From the human T2T-CHM13v2.0 reference genome, Homo sapiens, in NCBI RefSeq assembly GCF_009914755.1, contig NC_060932.1: DNA of 64,000 nucleotides, one strand, 5' to 3'. Below, piece by piece: positions 39,972-53,927 of the stretch. The notes under the pieces were generated by a model. That model worked only from the letters and a program-made list of their open reading frames with translations. It did not search any database and had not been told where the DNA came from. Position numbers and translations under genes: made by a program. Within the stretch, counting starts at the first letter, position 1; each line of letters begins with the position of its first letter.

Positions 39972-40335
39972 TTATGGACTAAAAGATTGTGTCTCTCTCC
40001 TCAATCCTTATGTTAAAATGTAACCTCTGAGGCAACAGTGTTTGCAAACCATGGCTTTGGGAAGTGATTAGGTCTTCAGGATGGACCCCTGTTGGTCCCT
40101 CTTGGTTGCGATTAGTGCCCTTATAAAGGAAGCTCTAGAAAGCACTCCTCCCCTTCCCCTATGTGGGTTTACAGTGAGAAGACAGAGGTGGGCCGCCTGG
40201 AAGAGCCCTGGCCAGGGCTGAGCACCTGACACCCTGATCTCACACTTCCAGTTTCCAGAATTGTGAGAAGTCGGTGTCTGTCATTAGGCCACCCAATATG
40301 GTATCCTGTTACTGCAGACCATACTGACTCAGACA
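39972..40335 (+). mobile_element. MLT1A/B-like LTR (5' tip split by the MER66-like LTR)
   Basis: TTATGGAC...GATTAGTGCCCTTATAAA...TTCCAGAATTGTGAGAA...GACTCAGACA. Confidence 0.8.
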
Positions 40336-41759
40336 GGGGTAAAAGGGGGCCTGTGCAGAGCCCTCTGCTCTTGCTCCATGAAACTGGGTCTTCAGAGGAA
40401 GGTCAGTTGGGGACAGGACAAGAACCACTAAGGACCGCTTGTGGTGGGAGTGTGCAGGCACAGTACCGGGTACTGCACAGACTTCTTCTCTGCAGCTCAC
40501 CCAGATATCACGGTCTTCATGGACGCTACCATGCTTTGCACCCTCCCCGAAACCTATACAAACATTATTTTAGAGCACAATATGTAGTCAATCAAAAAAT
40601 GGGAATGGTGTCCCAAATATTTATTTTGTAGAAAATAAAGTTTAAAAGTATATTTATGCTTTTGTATTTAAAAAGAAAGGAGCCTCTTTGTTCTTTAATG
40701 TGAAAAGGCAATCTACAAATCTTAGGTGCTTTTTCTTTAATCCTACACAGAATTAAATTCCCAGTTCTTGATAAAAATTTCGATTTCTATTGACTTAGGT
40801 GAAAAACTCCATTTGAAACTATTCACCTTGCCTGAAATAGATGTTCTTTAAGGAGCAGTAGAACAGGTGTCCTAAAAGAAATGCTAACGTGCATTGACTA
40901 AAAGTCAAGTTTAAAACTTCTTTCCCCTCTTTTTGAAAGTTTATGGTGATAACGAGCTAAGCGAGATAGAAAATGTGCTCTAGAACTTAAGTTTCTCAAG
41001 GACTTAATTTTATTTTTTATAAAACAGCTACTTTATTTTTTCCTTTTTTTAGTTTATTGTGTAAGTTTGTTTCTTCCAAGTAATAATTTTTTCCTACCAC
41101 TTAACAAAGTCACAAAGATATATTAACCACCTGAGTCAAATAGAGACTTTTTTACACAATACGGTTGTAGATAAAATCACCAAAGTTTCTGCCTTTTTAA
41201 AACATCATGTGGGTGACTGTTTATCCTTAACATTTCTGAAACCCTCCGCAAGTAGAGAGCATAACTGACAGAGAATATCCAGGAGAGTGGTGGAGAGGAG
41301 GGGGAGGGAGAGACAGAGAGAGAGAAAGAGAGAGAGAGAGAAAGAGAATGTGGCAATGCTTGCTCTTTACAGAAATTGAAAGTACTTTTGTCCTGTTTGA
41401 TGGAAATTGTCACTTGGAACAGGAAGGTGAAGGCGGATGTCCTAGAAGCCACAGAAAGCAGTTGCTTTTACGTGAGACTCCAAGGATGATACAATAATAC
41501 TTGAACGTCAACATCTCTCCACTAGAAACCTAAATCTGGGCACTAGAATAACACACATTTGAAAGCTTGCATTGTTGAAATGCACACTTTCTAGAAAAAT
41601 GTAAGATAATAAATTGACTAAAATTGTAGTAATGGCTTGGTTTTCAGATTCTATTTGCTCTATGAAAGAAGGAAGTTAAGAAATAGTCAGCTTTTGTGTG
41701 TTGTTTTATGCTAGATAGGGAAGAGAAAGAGAAAGGCAATATTCACCTGTTAGTGCCAA

Positions 41760-42080
41760 GTGCAACTATTGTGCATGTAGTTGGATGTAAGAGATGGAGG
41801 TCAGGAAAGGAGTCATTGACGGAGTTATAGATCCTAGATTATCAACAAGTCGATGTATTTAAAACAAGAGAGGAGGCTGAGGTCATTGAAGACATGAAGA
41901 TAAGTAGACGAGAGAAGAGTTCTGAAGAAGAAAATCTAGATTATGCAGATATTTAGAGATCAGAGGAAGAAGAACTTACTAAGGTGGATTCAAAATGCTT
42001 AGAGGAGAAACAAGAAGTATGGTGTCCATTAAGCTGTGAAGAAAATGTTAAAACAAAAAGCATGAAGAATGAATGGATAC
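41760..42080 (-). mobile_element. L2 fragment
   Basis: GTTGGATGTAAGAGATGGAGGTCAGGAAAG...GATGTATTTAAAAC...GAGGAGAAACAAGAAG. Confidence 0.55.
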
Positions 42081-42349
42081 TTAACTCCTGATAAGTAAGA
42101 GGTTATTTCCCTTGACCAATTAAAAAAATAAAACAGCTTTATAAGTAGAAAAAGATTGTATTCACACAAGGGAAATCTAACACATCAGCCACTCTTTCCA
42201 ATCTATTTAGAATAGAGACCTAGATAGGCAGTTTCTATCTGAGTACACTAATAGGGACTTTCATTTTATCATAAAATACACGGCATTTTTACTGAATAAA
42301 ATAATAGTAAATGGGATTTCTATCATTACCAGTGTCATATTTTATTGTA

Positions 42350-42490
42350 GTTGTTTTCATTTTTCATTTCTCCAAAATCATGCAAGTTCCTAAAGGGCAA
42401 GAAGTATGGATTTCATTTTATTTGTGTCACTATAGCCCTTGATAATGCCCAACACACAGCAGAAATAAAATAAATGTATGTTAAATAAAT
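42350..42490 (+). mobile_element. L2 3' end
   Basis: GCAAGTTCCTAAAGGGCAAG...AATAAATGTATGTTAAATAAAT. Confidence 0.6.
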
Positions 42491-43283
42491 CACAGGCTCA
42501 GTCAGTTGATACATTTAAGTTTTCAACAAGAAAATCAAGTGTTAAAATGATTTTGCATAATTAGACTAAGGTCATATTTTATCTATATAAATATTTGGGA
42601 AAATTAGTGGTCTCTTTTAAGTTTTTCCATGCGTATCAAATTCTTGATTCTGACTGCAGATAGTGGGCTTTTTAGCAGCAGACATTGAATGATTAATTTA
42701 GGTACAAACCCTCACATTCTGTGGTTTCTTTCCAAACATTTGCAGATAATAGATGTTTTAAGAATGGGAAAGCTGCTTTTGTTTCGTTTGTTTCACTGAT
42801 TTAGGATAAAGAGTTTGGAGAGTTTAAGTTTTTTGTCTTGAAATTATCCATTTAATTTTTAACTGCAAATATAGGCACTTATAAAGGATGAACAATGCTC
42901 AGAAATTCAGAGTAGAATGGTCTATGCTAGAGGTCATCTGGCTACCTCCCACCTGGACATTCCGATAACACTCAAGTAATCTGAATAAAAAGTGAACAAC
43001 CTCAGCGACAGGCCTCTATTCTCACCACTTTTCCACACACCTCCTTCTGCTTCTGGTTTATTTTAACTTATGAAAAAGTTCTTAACCTCAAACTGGTTAT
43101 TTCCATCTTTTAACTTTCTCAGATAGGGATGATCTGATTGAAAGTACTTTTTTTTCCTCTCTTTTACCTGTCATGATGTATTCACTGACCTCACCCTCTT
43201 CTACAGTTTTAAATGCCATCTATCTGCTGATAATCCAGGATCTAGGACTCCATCAATGGCTCCTTTTCTGACCTCCACCTCTT

Positions 43284-43574
43284 TTTTTTTTTTTTGAGTT
43301 GGAATCTCACTCTGTCGCCTGAGCTGGAGTGCAGGGGCACAATCACAGCTCACTGCAAACTTTGCCTCCCGATTCTCCTGCCTCAGCCTCCCTGGTAGCT
43401 GGGATTACAGGCACCCTCCACTAAGCCCAGCTAATATATATTTTTTTGTATTTTTAGTAGAGATGGGGTTTCACCATATTGGCCAAGCTTGTCTCGAACT
43501 CCTGACCTCACGTGTCACCCGCCTCAGCCTCCCAGAGTGCTGGGATTACAGGTGTGAGCCACCGCTCCCTGACC
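43284..43574 (-). mobile_element. Alu (AluS)
   Basis: 15-bp TSD TGACCTCCACCTCTT (43269-83, 43575-89); ~10-bp internal deletion. Confidence 0.95.
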
Positions 43575-43707
43575 TGACCTCCACCTCTTATATCCAGCTA
43601 CTTACACCATAATTGCACTTGGCGACTAATAGGTGAATATTACCTTTCTCTTTCTCTCCTCTGTCTAGCATAAACGAACAACAAAAGCACACTGTTTCTT
43701 AGCAGAT

Positions 43708-44072
43708 TTATACAGTTTGGCTGTGTCCCCACCCAAATCTCATCTTGAATTGTAGCTGCCATAATTCCCACATGTGGTGGGAGGGACCCCATCGGAGGTA
43801 ATTGAATCCATGGGGGTGGGTCTCTCCCATGTTGTTCTCATGATAGTGAAGAAATCTCATGAGATCTGATGGTTTTATAAAGGGGAGTTCCCCTGCACAA
43901 GCTCTCTTGCCTGCCACCATGTAAGATGTGCCTTTGCTTCTCCTTCGCCCTCTGCCATGATTGTGAGGCCTCCCCAGCTATGTGGAATTGTGAGTCCATT
44001 AAACCTCTTTCCTTTGTAAATTGCCCAATCTCAGGTATGTCTTTATTAGAAGCATGACAACAGACTAATACA
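43708..44072 (+). mobile_element. THE1C-like solo LTR
   Basis: Full LTR; exact TSD CAGAT (43703-07, 44073-77). Confidence 0.92.
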
Positions 44073-44163
44073 CAGATGAGCAGATACAGATATTTACATA
44101 AGGCATTTCCTTTTTTTTTTCCTATGGAGATTATGGCAGGAACTCTTTATCACCGATTTACAG

Positions 44164-44297
44164 ATCACACCCTGGACCCAGGGTCTCTCGGGAGGTCTCC
44201 AGGATCAGTGGGCATGAAACATCACCCTCACTGATTCTTCCTTGAAAAAGCAAAGAGGACCCAAGCACAAGAAATTTGAGCTGTCACAGAAGTTCTG
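44164..44297 (+). other. Candidate exon (134 nt)
   Basis: Acceptor CTCTTTATCACCGATTTACAG| and donor CTG|GTGAGT. Confidence 0.3.
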
Positions 44298-46467
44298 GTG
44301 AGTCAGGCAGCACAGCCACATTTGAGGTTCAGGACCTACACTAAACACAGAGGGTTAAAGCAAAGATTTCATCTTACATTCTGAATATCCCGACTTTCCA
44401 CAGCCTTCATGGGCTGATCAAAGAAATGGTGCAATCAGAGAGAAGAAAAAAAAAAGAAAGAAAGAAAGATGCGTGCTTGAATATCTTTCTTCAGACCACA
44501 TGCTGGGTCTGAACAAATGCTCTGATTTCATGTAAATAAATGGTTTAATGGGCTTTATTTTACTTTGTATCACAAATAAAAATTCAGAATGCAAAGGGAT
44601 AAAAAGAGACTTGAGAAAGCACGTTAAAGATACTGTATATGTCAATCCCACAGGAGACATTGCTCATCACTTTTGAATAAAACACTAATGTGGATGGCAA
44701 GCGAAGGTAAAAAAAAATCTTTGATGTTTTTTGGGAGAGGAATCTACAAATATAGCCACTTGATTTTACAAAGATGACATTTTAAAACTATTGTGTATAT
44801 TCAAATGTATGTCAAAGGAAAGTTAGCCAAAATATTCTGAAAAGAATATCTAACAGAAAGATAAAGACTATTATTGCTCCTTAGATAACGATGATTTTCT
44901 TAACATTTCATATAGATTATCTGACATTTGATGATTTTTATGTCTGCCTTTGGAGACACTCATTGATCCGTTAGAAATCCAATGGGCATTCTATTTCTTT
45001 CATTGACCTTCCTACTCCATAAAGTCGAATATTTATAGATTACTTAGTCTTGGAAAAAACGAGATGATGAGAAACTGGAAGATACATTGTACTGTCCTTA
45101 AAAAGATTGAGACTTGGACTCACAGGTGCTTGAACTTAGATTCGTTAGGTATTTAACCTTTATTTTAAAAATGTTTGCAAATTTATACTCTAATATACTA
45201 GTAAATGTGTCAAAAATTTCAGTAATAGCACAAGGAAATTATATAACCTTCACTTAGATTTGGGTTCACATATTTGCTTCCTCTCTGCCATCCCATTCCC
45301 TACACACACACACACACACACGCGCGCATGCAACTACACACACACAGAACTACACACTTGCGCAGACACACACACAGAACTACACACAAGTATGCATTGC
45401 CCACAGGTACATTTTCTGAACGATTTGAGAGGAAGTTAGAGACTCTTTTACTGGAATTCTTCAGCATTTCATAAGAACAATGACATTATTTTCCAGAACT
45501 ACAGAACTACTATCAAACTAAGGAAAGTCAGCATTGATACAACACAGTTATCTGTGTGTATTCAAGGATCATTACTTTTCTCAGTTACATTTTTTTGGAG
45601 CTATGTCTGTTATTCCCCCTCTTCCAGACCAGGTTCCAGCTTATTATATCTTCTTTAATCTAAACATGTTCTGAGCTATCATTGTCTTTGTCATCTTTTT
45701 ATGATAACATTTTTAAAGATTATAGATAATTATTTTGTACAATGTACCTTAATTTGTATTTGCCTGGAATTCCTTTAGCTGTAGATAAAGGTAACATATG
45801 TTGGGCAGGAAACCTGGAAGTGTTGTAGAATGCTTCTTAATGCCTCCCATAGGAAGGTACCCAAGGTCTTTTTGTCCCAATATTGGCGATACCCGCTTTG
45901 GTTTATAAGGTGGTATAAATATAAAGTAAAAACTTTCCCACTTCAATAAATAGCTAATTTACGGAAGGATAATTTGAGATAATGCAAATATCTTGTTTAT
46001 CCTCAAAATGTTACCCACTAATTTTAGACTTCATTGATAGTATTCCAAACCCATTATTCTATTTATTAGATAGCTTTTCTCATTTATCCATTTATGTATT
46101 TCTACCAGTATAGGCTGCTGGGTTTGCATTTTGTTTTATTTTTATTTTCTATGTGTTTTATTCCATAGAATACTCTTTTTGCACTATCAGTTTTTCATGC
46201 TCATATTTTCTTATATTTGGACAGTGGTAACCCCTTCAACTCACCCCTTCAATTCCTCCCTCCCATTATTTGTACAATTTCCTCATACTTTCTATGTTTA
46301 CACATACAGTAAACACACAAGCTATTGTTATTTTTTGCTAAAATATTTTTTAGAGTAATTCAAACAAAAAAAGATTAATTTTAAATTCATTCATCCCATT
46401 TCCAGTGCTATTTGTTTCCTTCTGTTGATCCAAGTTTCAGAAACATATTTTATATCAGCCAAAAAAG

Positions 46468-46810
46468 TTTTTTTTTGTTTTTTTTTTGTGTGTGTGTTTT
46501 TTTTAGATGGAGTCTCTCTCTACGGCCAGGATGGAGTGCAGTGGCGCAAATGTGGCTCACTGCAACCTACGTCTTCCTCCCGGGTTCAAGAGATTCTCCT
46601 GCCTCAGTGTCCCAAGTAGCTGGGAGTACAGATGCGTGCCACCACACCCAGCTATTTTTTCTTTTCTTCTTTTTTTTGTTTTTTGTATTTTTAGTAGAGA
46701 CTGGGTTTCACCATGTTGGCTAGGATGATCTTGATCTCTTGACCTTGTCATCTGCCCGCCACAGCCTCCCAAAGTGTTGGGATTACAGGCATGAGCCACC
46801 GTACCTGGCC
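46468..46810 (-). mobile_element. Alu (AluSc-like)
   Basis: GGATGATCTTGATCTCTTGACCTTGT diagnostic. Confidence 0.92.
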
Positions 46811-47084
46811 CAAAAAGCTTCTTTATCATGTTTTATAAACTAGGCCTGTCGAAAATAAATTCTTTCCTTCTTTTCTTTCTTTTTCTTCCTTCCTCTCTTT
46901 CTTCCCTCCTTTCCTCCCTCCCCTCCCTCCCTTCCTTCCTTCCTTCTTTCCTTCCCTTTTTCCTTCTTTATTTCTTTTTTATTTTTTTTTCCTTTTAACT
47001 GACTATTTATCAGTCCTTTTCAAAATACTTTTATGGGCATGGAATTTGGGGTTGACAGGGTTTGTTTTTTTAATTTCTGTAATG

Positions 47085-47545
47085 TAAGTTTAATGTATTT
47101 CTTTTATTTCAATAGGTTTTTGGGGAACAGGTGGTGTTTGGTCACACAGATAAGTATTATAGCGGTACTATCTAAGATTTTGGTGCACCCATCACCCAAG
47201 CAGTGTACATTGTAACCAATGCATAGTCATTTATCCCTTTCACTCCCACCACCCTTTTTCCCAAGAGTACCCAAAGTCCATTGTATCTTTCTTATGTCTT
47301 TGCACCCTCATAGCTTTGCTCCTACTTATAAGTGAAAACATATGATGTTTGGTTTTCCATTCCCGAGTTACTTCACATAGCATAATGGTCTCCAATTCCA
47401 TCCAGGTTGCTGCAAATGCCATTATTTCATTCCTTTTTATGGCTGAGTAGTATTGCATGGTATCCACTTATTGATTGCTGGACATTTGGGCTGGTTCCAT
47501 AGTTTTTCATTTGCAAATTGCACTGCTATAAACATGGGTGTTATC
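47085..47545 (-). mobile_element. L1PB 3' end
   Basis: TTTTTGGGGAACAGGTGGTGTTTGG; ORF2 C-terminus QYYSAIKRNEIMAFAATWMELETIML. Confidence 0.9.
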
Positions 47546-48150
47546 TTTTTTTTCTTTGGAAAAAAAACTTAAAACATGAAACTTAATATATCTTCTGGCT
47601 GACATGGTTTCTGATGTCAAATCTGCAGTAATTCTTACTGTTTTCTCCCAAATGTAATTTTTTTTTCTTTTTTCCCTGGGTGTTTTCAAATTTTCCATGA
47701 CATTTTGAAAATGTGTGTCATGTTTGAGTCTGCTTCTGATAATTTCTTTGTCTCTTAGGAGTGTGTTGGTTGTTTTAGCCTTCTCATGGAACTTCTTATA
47801 AGTTTTAGTTAAAAGCCAGGCATGTTTTCAAGGACTATAATGGTGGAGGTAAAGAGATTTTATGGTGGGATATGTCCACTAATTCCCTTCGCTGGCCATT
47901 TTCTGTGAGATTTGCATTAATCTAGGACCTGGTGTGTGCTACAGTAACCCTCTGTGACCTAAAACTTTTACCTTTTTTATACAGATAACTTGTGTGCAGG
48001 GTGGGGTGGCTTGCCAGAGCAGTCTTGTTCTGTTTGATTCTGAATGTTGTCTTCTCTTTGTGTTGGACCTTACCAAGTCTCCCTTTTCAAGCTCTTGTGT
48101 CTCGCCTGTTCTCCCAGAAGTATACTCTTGTTGCTTGTTATACCAACCAG

Positions 48151-48863
48151 TGAAAGGACAAATAAATGCAAATTAAAAATCAGAGGCTGAGTTCTCCTTC
48201 TCCAAATAAGGGAAGAGGTTTTCCTGCCTTCTTTTTCCTAAGAGAATTTATTTTCACAAATTTGTGATTACAAGTACTTTCTCCTTTCTTTGAAATGTAT
48301 ATGAAGTCTTCTGAATATGAGATATGCCTCTTGTCAACTGTATGACCCAGAAATGCCTCTCCTAAGACCTGGGAGCCATCTCTTTGAAATACAAACATTG
48401 AGGAAGATAGAGCCCCTGTCTCTGTTCTTGAGGGAACGTTGGAGCCTAATTTCCTGGGGCACCTGGCTCCAAGTTGCGAAACTATATCATTTCACTGGGA
48501 TATGAGAAGTTTATTTTCCACTGGATAAAGCCAATTAGCTAACACAGATAGTCATCTCAATTACCAGGTCAATCTAAGATGAACTATGTGTAATCAATGA
48601 TGCTGAGGAGTTGTTCTACCTAAGGGCTAGTTACTGTTCGCTAATCTTGAAAACAACTTTGTAACGGGCTGTATCTGCCTGTTGTATGAAAGCATGAGAT
48701 CTCTTTCCTTCTTTGCCATCTCTCAGCAGACTGCAGTGTGACGTGTATCCCATTCTAGTTTAATACTTACTCAATGACACAATTGTTCTTTTTGTCTTCT
48801 ACCCCTGTAGAGAGGTTTTCTGGATCTGGGGGAAATATTGTTTTTAATCATATTTTCCCAACA
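48151..48863 (+). mobile_element. ERV1 solo LTR (MER39-like)
   Basis: TG...CCCAACA; GACCTGGGAGCCATCTCTTTGAAAT, GATAAAGCCAATTAGCTAACACAGAT. Confidence 0.75.
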
Positions 48864-49299
48864 TCCCCCTGTTCGGGCCTGTGGTTGGTGTGTTTGTGGT
48901 TAGACATCAGCTTTGCCTGTCTTTGTCCCTGGGTGTCAAGGTAGGGCTAGCCTCTTTTCTCCTGATCCTCCACTATTCCCCCCGATTCTGTCCCCCATCT
49001 GGAGTAAGAGTTCACCACCAGCTCCCTGGAGGCCCCAGAGCCTGTTTCCCTCCGTCCTCACACTCAGGCCTCTGTTCTGTAGAGGGGCTGGGGAGGGAAG
49101 GGGTCCTGGGTGGGTTTCTTGTCCCTCCCCCGGGACTGCACCAAAATGGATACCAGGCATGTCAGCTGCTTTGCTGGTGAACCCCTTGGTTTGTGGAGAA
49201 AGAGCTTTCTGAATATTGGCAAAAGCTCTCTCCGGATAAAATGTGTGTCAGACTTCTCGGAGTCTCTTGATTGTGCCTTGAACTTAGGCTCGGTCCACA

Positions 49300-49680
49300 G
49301 CCAGCTTAGCTCACTTTTGGCTAAAATCCGGCTGGGTTGCCAAAATTCCCACCCTTGATATCTGATCAAATTCCTCATCCCCTACCCTTGATAGTTCATC
49401 ATCCTGGCCTTGCTTGGACAAGAATCCTTTAAAATGGATAAGCCAGAATCTCCCCGTAGCCATGTCGCCCTAAAATAATCAAAAAGTTCAGAATCTAATT
49501 TAAAGAGAATTTTTCAGGCACAAAGTATATGGACCACCCAGAAACACAAACTTCAGAGGAATAGAGTCATGTTCTGAAGTAGAAAAGTTAAGATTTCGTT
49601 TATACAGGCAGAGAGAGACAGAGGAGTTTTAGGAGCATTGGGACAGTATTCATCCAAGATTGACACATACTTACAGCAAT
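49300..49680. mobile_element. Two abutting ERV1-class LTR fragments (MER31-like, then a second LTR end)
   Basis: CCCTTGATATCTGATCAAATTCCTCATCCC; CCTAAAATAATCAAAAAGTTCAGAATCT. Confidence 0.5.
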
Positions 49681-49689
49681 GCTAACAAT

Positions 49690-49977
49690 GCTAACTGACT
49701 TCAAGAATTAGTATAAAGCTGCAATAATCAAGACAGTGTGGTACTGGAGAAAGAATGAACACATCAGTCAGTAGCACAGATTAGAGAGTCCAGAAAGGGA
49801 CCCACATATACTCAAGTGGTTTTTGACAAAGGAACAAAAGTAGTGCAATGGAAAGGGGATAGTTCATTCAAAAAAAACAGTGCTAAAAAAACAAGATATC
49901 CACATGCAAAAAATGTGAATCTAGAGACAGACGTTACACCCTTCCCAAGAACATTAGCTCAAAAGGAATCACAAAAT
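49690..49977 (+). mobile_element. L1M ORF2 fragment
   Basis: TATAAAGCTGCAATAATCAAGACAGTGTGGTACTGG; peptide VFDKGTKVVQWKGDS. Confidence 0.85.
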
Positions 49978-50551
49978 TTGGGACAGCAAATTTGTTCATG
50001 CAGCCCTTTCACTACCCATAACTTCCGCTACAGTCCAGACCCTCACAGTCCCTCAAAGGAGCCCCACACCCAGTCACCACGTAAAAAACTGCAATGTTTG
50101 AAATACTGATTTTTAACGAGGCAGAAATCCATTTAAAAATGAACACTGGCAGGTGCCTGAAAGCACTTTAGATTATAAAGCACTTAAAATATATACCTAT
50201 ACATGTATGTATTAAAGCTTAAATACACTAGTACCAAGAAACTTTAAGATACATTCAACAAAGAACAAACTCAGGATAAAAAAAAAATGCAGTGTTCGAA
50301 TAATCTTTACAAAGCACTTTTTAAAAATTTCTAATATTCTTAGAAGACATTTGAACATTAATGCCTTTATAGAGAAATTAACTTAAACACTAAAGAATTC
50401 CCTTTGATATTAAAACAATTATTCCCAATGTTTACACAGGTGTTATACTCTATTGATGTGACTTTAGTAGTTCCCTTTAAAATATGATTACTTATATTAG
50501 TTAATGGGTAGCTTATTTGTTTTATGTTTACTATGAAGATTTTCATTTTGG

Positions 50552-50839
50552 GGCCAGGTCCAGTGGCTCACACCTGTAATCTCAGCAATTTGGGAGGCCG
50601 AGGCGGGCGGATCACTTATGGTCAGGAGTTTGAGACCAGCCTGGCCAACATGGCGAAAACTTGTCTCTACTAAACTAGCCAGGCGTGGTGGCAGGTGCCT
50701 GTAGTTCCAGCTACCTGGGAGAATCACTTGAATCTGGAAGGCGGATGTTGCAGTGAGCTGAGATCGCACCACTGTATTCCACGTACTCCAGCCTGGATGA
50801 CAGAGCGAGACTCTACCTCAAAAAAAAAAAAAAAAAAAA
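50552..50839 (+). mobile_element. Alu (AluS)
   Basis: Dimer with shortened central A linker and a right-arm deletion; no TSD visible. Confidence 0.93.
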
Positions 50840-52542
50840 GTACCCTGTATCTGAATGACATGATTCTTAACATCTAAGCACACTTATTCATTAGAGTTAG
50901 ACTTATGTAAGAAGCCATTATGCATTTTACTCTGTGTAACTGTCACTGAGCAACTCCTGGTCTTATTGAAAGATTATTAGGTGAAGCTCATTCATTTATT
51001 CAAATGGTTACTTAATAAACACCAGTATGACATTTACTTTGTGCAAAGTGCTGTCCTAAGCACTTTGCAATCTCAATGTATTTAAGAAGATTAAATAAGT
51101 ATAAGTATACACATATAAAATATCAGCTCAATAATAATTATGTGCATCTACCCTAGGAAAGACATTCATCAGTGGCTTTCAGTTCCTGGTAATCTGTAAT
51201 AATTTCACGTAGCAATCTGTAAATTACTGGTTTAAATCTGCCCCACATCCAGACTGCTGCGTAGCTGGTCTTCCTCCCTGCCATCTATTATAATTACAGC
51301 TGACACAGCCACGATACACAACCTCCTTCGCATATGTCATGCATCCAATTGCTGTGCTCAGTAGTAATCCAAACAGATCATTAGCAACTCAACTGCACAG
51401 CTCAAAGCTCAACAAACAAAACAGCACCATTGATTCCCCAATATAAGAAAATTTGATGTTGCAAAAATATTTGTTATGATTCTTCAAACTGTAAGTTATT
51501 TTAGGGAACATAATGTTATTTCTACCAAATGGTAAGGGCGAAAGTTAGATTTAGATCATCCACATTCATAGAATAAAAGAGTTAAACTACAGCCAATTAT
51601 ATTTTATGAGATCCTACACATCTTTATTCTTAAATTCTTGACTGTATGAAAGCAGTTGAGGAGTAATACACAAATCATTCCTTTAGAATATGTTCTCCTT
51701 AATTTTTATGTATGGATTTTGTCCCTGAGGCTTAGATGAATAGAAAACCATCAGCAAACCTATGTATGTATCTTTCACTAGTTTAAAAATGAAAAGCTGT
51801 GTTTTGTGGATTCACTACTTTAAATTCTCATTTTTAAAAAATGAATGTTTTTTTTCATTGCCAAAAGATTTGTGATGAATGGGTTGGAGAATGAAGCTAA
51901 GCATTTTATTATCAATTTGCATGTTTACTCGGCTTAAGTAAACTTTCTTATCATGAAAATCTATTGTCCTAACAGATTGCCTGAATCCTGTTTTCTACTT
52001 GTCTTGAAAATTTACAGTTCCTATGAAGAGCTTTCAAGTTAACACAGGAGAAACTAACGATCTTTTCCTATCTTTAACTGCTACTGGATTCCAAAACCAA
52101 GTTATTATTTATCACAATGCTAGCAATGACTAGCACTCAACAGATATTTTTAAATTAATGAATAGATAAAAGTATCAAGAAGCTATACATACACAGCAAT
52201 AGCTATGACGTACTTGCTCTTTACGTTATTATCTTCTCAAATTTGTGCAAATTATAACTCAGAGAGATCAATTATCTTCCTTGCCTCAGGTCACAAGTAT
52301 TGGGCCTGGACTTGCATTCCAGATATTTATGAATCCATAGCTTTTCTTCCAGCTACTGCACTGTATCTGCTACATGTGAGTCCATATGTTACTTTTCTCA
52401 TGTGAAACTCCCAGCTAACTTTAACAGATTTGTAAAATGAAAGCCCCGGTAGGCAAACGGGAGGACAAGTTCTATCTCAAAGATTTCCCTCACACAGGGA
52501 AGTAGACGACAGTGGAAGTACGTGCATTTAAAACATTCTAAG

Positions 52543-52889
<347 letters not shown>

Positions 52890-53679
52890 TCAGCACTAAG
52901 CCTGGGAGAAGGGGAATCAGTCTCCTTTGTCAGAAACTGGAACATCGTCGTAACTTTCCATGCATAGTGATGGCAGGACCAGGCTACTCTCAGCCTCAAC
53001 CACCTTCTCCTGAGCCCCAACCTGAGAAAGACATGCATTAATGAAGAATGTGTGGGGAGTGCCACAGGACCACGTTAAGAGCCTTGAACTTGGAGAGACG
53101 AGGGTGAGAATGCAAACAAGATGAGGAGGTCACTGAGAAGCAGACTCTGTACAAGACCCTTTGCTCCTGGCTCATCACATTAATTTGTGGAGCCACTGGG
53201 TGAAAACCCCAGCTAGTGATCAGAATCCTACACCACGACATAGTGACAGACCACTGGGTGGAAAAGACACTCCACAAAGCAGTAGGCACAGAAGCAAAAT
53301 CAGAACATCTAGGAGGTGTTTGCTGCAAAATCTAAAATGGACATGAAAGCTCCGTGTTAGAAACCAATTTGTGGCCTGGGGATGAGAGATAAAAAGGGTC
53401 ATTATGCCAAGAGTGCCCACATGCCCTTGAATAAATTTTGGATCACTGAATTGGTAATGTAACTTTACATCAATCAATACCAGATTAAAATATAAAAGCG
53501 AGGTTTCTTCTTAGCAGCTCGTGCAGAGAGGAGATCAAAGAATAAGTCAACCACCACAGATTTTAAAAATACTTGGCCTTTATTGAATTCTTTTGTTCAA
53601 ATCTGTGACAAAAATTCCCAACATCGGAATGATGAAAAGAGTCTACAGTGTGAAGAAAAAAGAATATGAACCTTGCTAT

Positions 53680-53927
53680 ATTTTACTTTATTTTATTTTA
53701 TTTCTTTTTATAAATGTTTATTTTTTATTTTATTTTCCCTAAGTTATTGGGGTACAGATGGTATTTGGCTACATGAGTCAGCTCTTTAGTGGTGATTTGT
53801 GAGATTTGGTGCACTCGTCACCCGAGCAGTATACACTGCACCCTAAGTGTAGTCTTTGATCCCGCGCCTCCTTCCCACTCTTACCCCCAAGTCCCCAGAG
53901 TCAATTGTATCATTTTTATGGCTTTAT
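53680..53927 (-). mobile_element. L1PB 3' end
   Basis: TTATTGGGGTACAGATGGTATTTGG...CCCCAAGTCCCCAGAGTC. Confidence 0.88.

Larger units (their letters stand above)
45160..47900 (-). mobile_element. Old L1MC-type 3' region, fragmented by (CA)n, Alu, (TTCC)n and L1PB
   Basis: TTTTCTGAACGATTTGAGAG, AAGAACAATGACATT, CAGCATTGATACAA, TTCTGATGTCAAATCTGC; (CA)n 45302-45390; pyrimidine tract 46860-46995. Confidence 0.6.

Noticed and set aside
50140-50190. miR-17/302-like miRNA gene on the - strand (TAAAGTGCTTTC...)
   Set aside because: The two motifs are direct, not inverted, repeats; no pre-miRNA hairpin is visible
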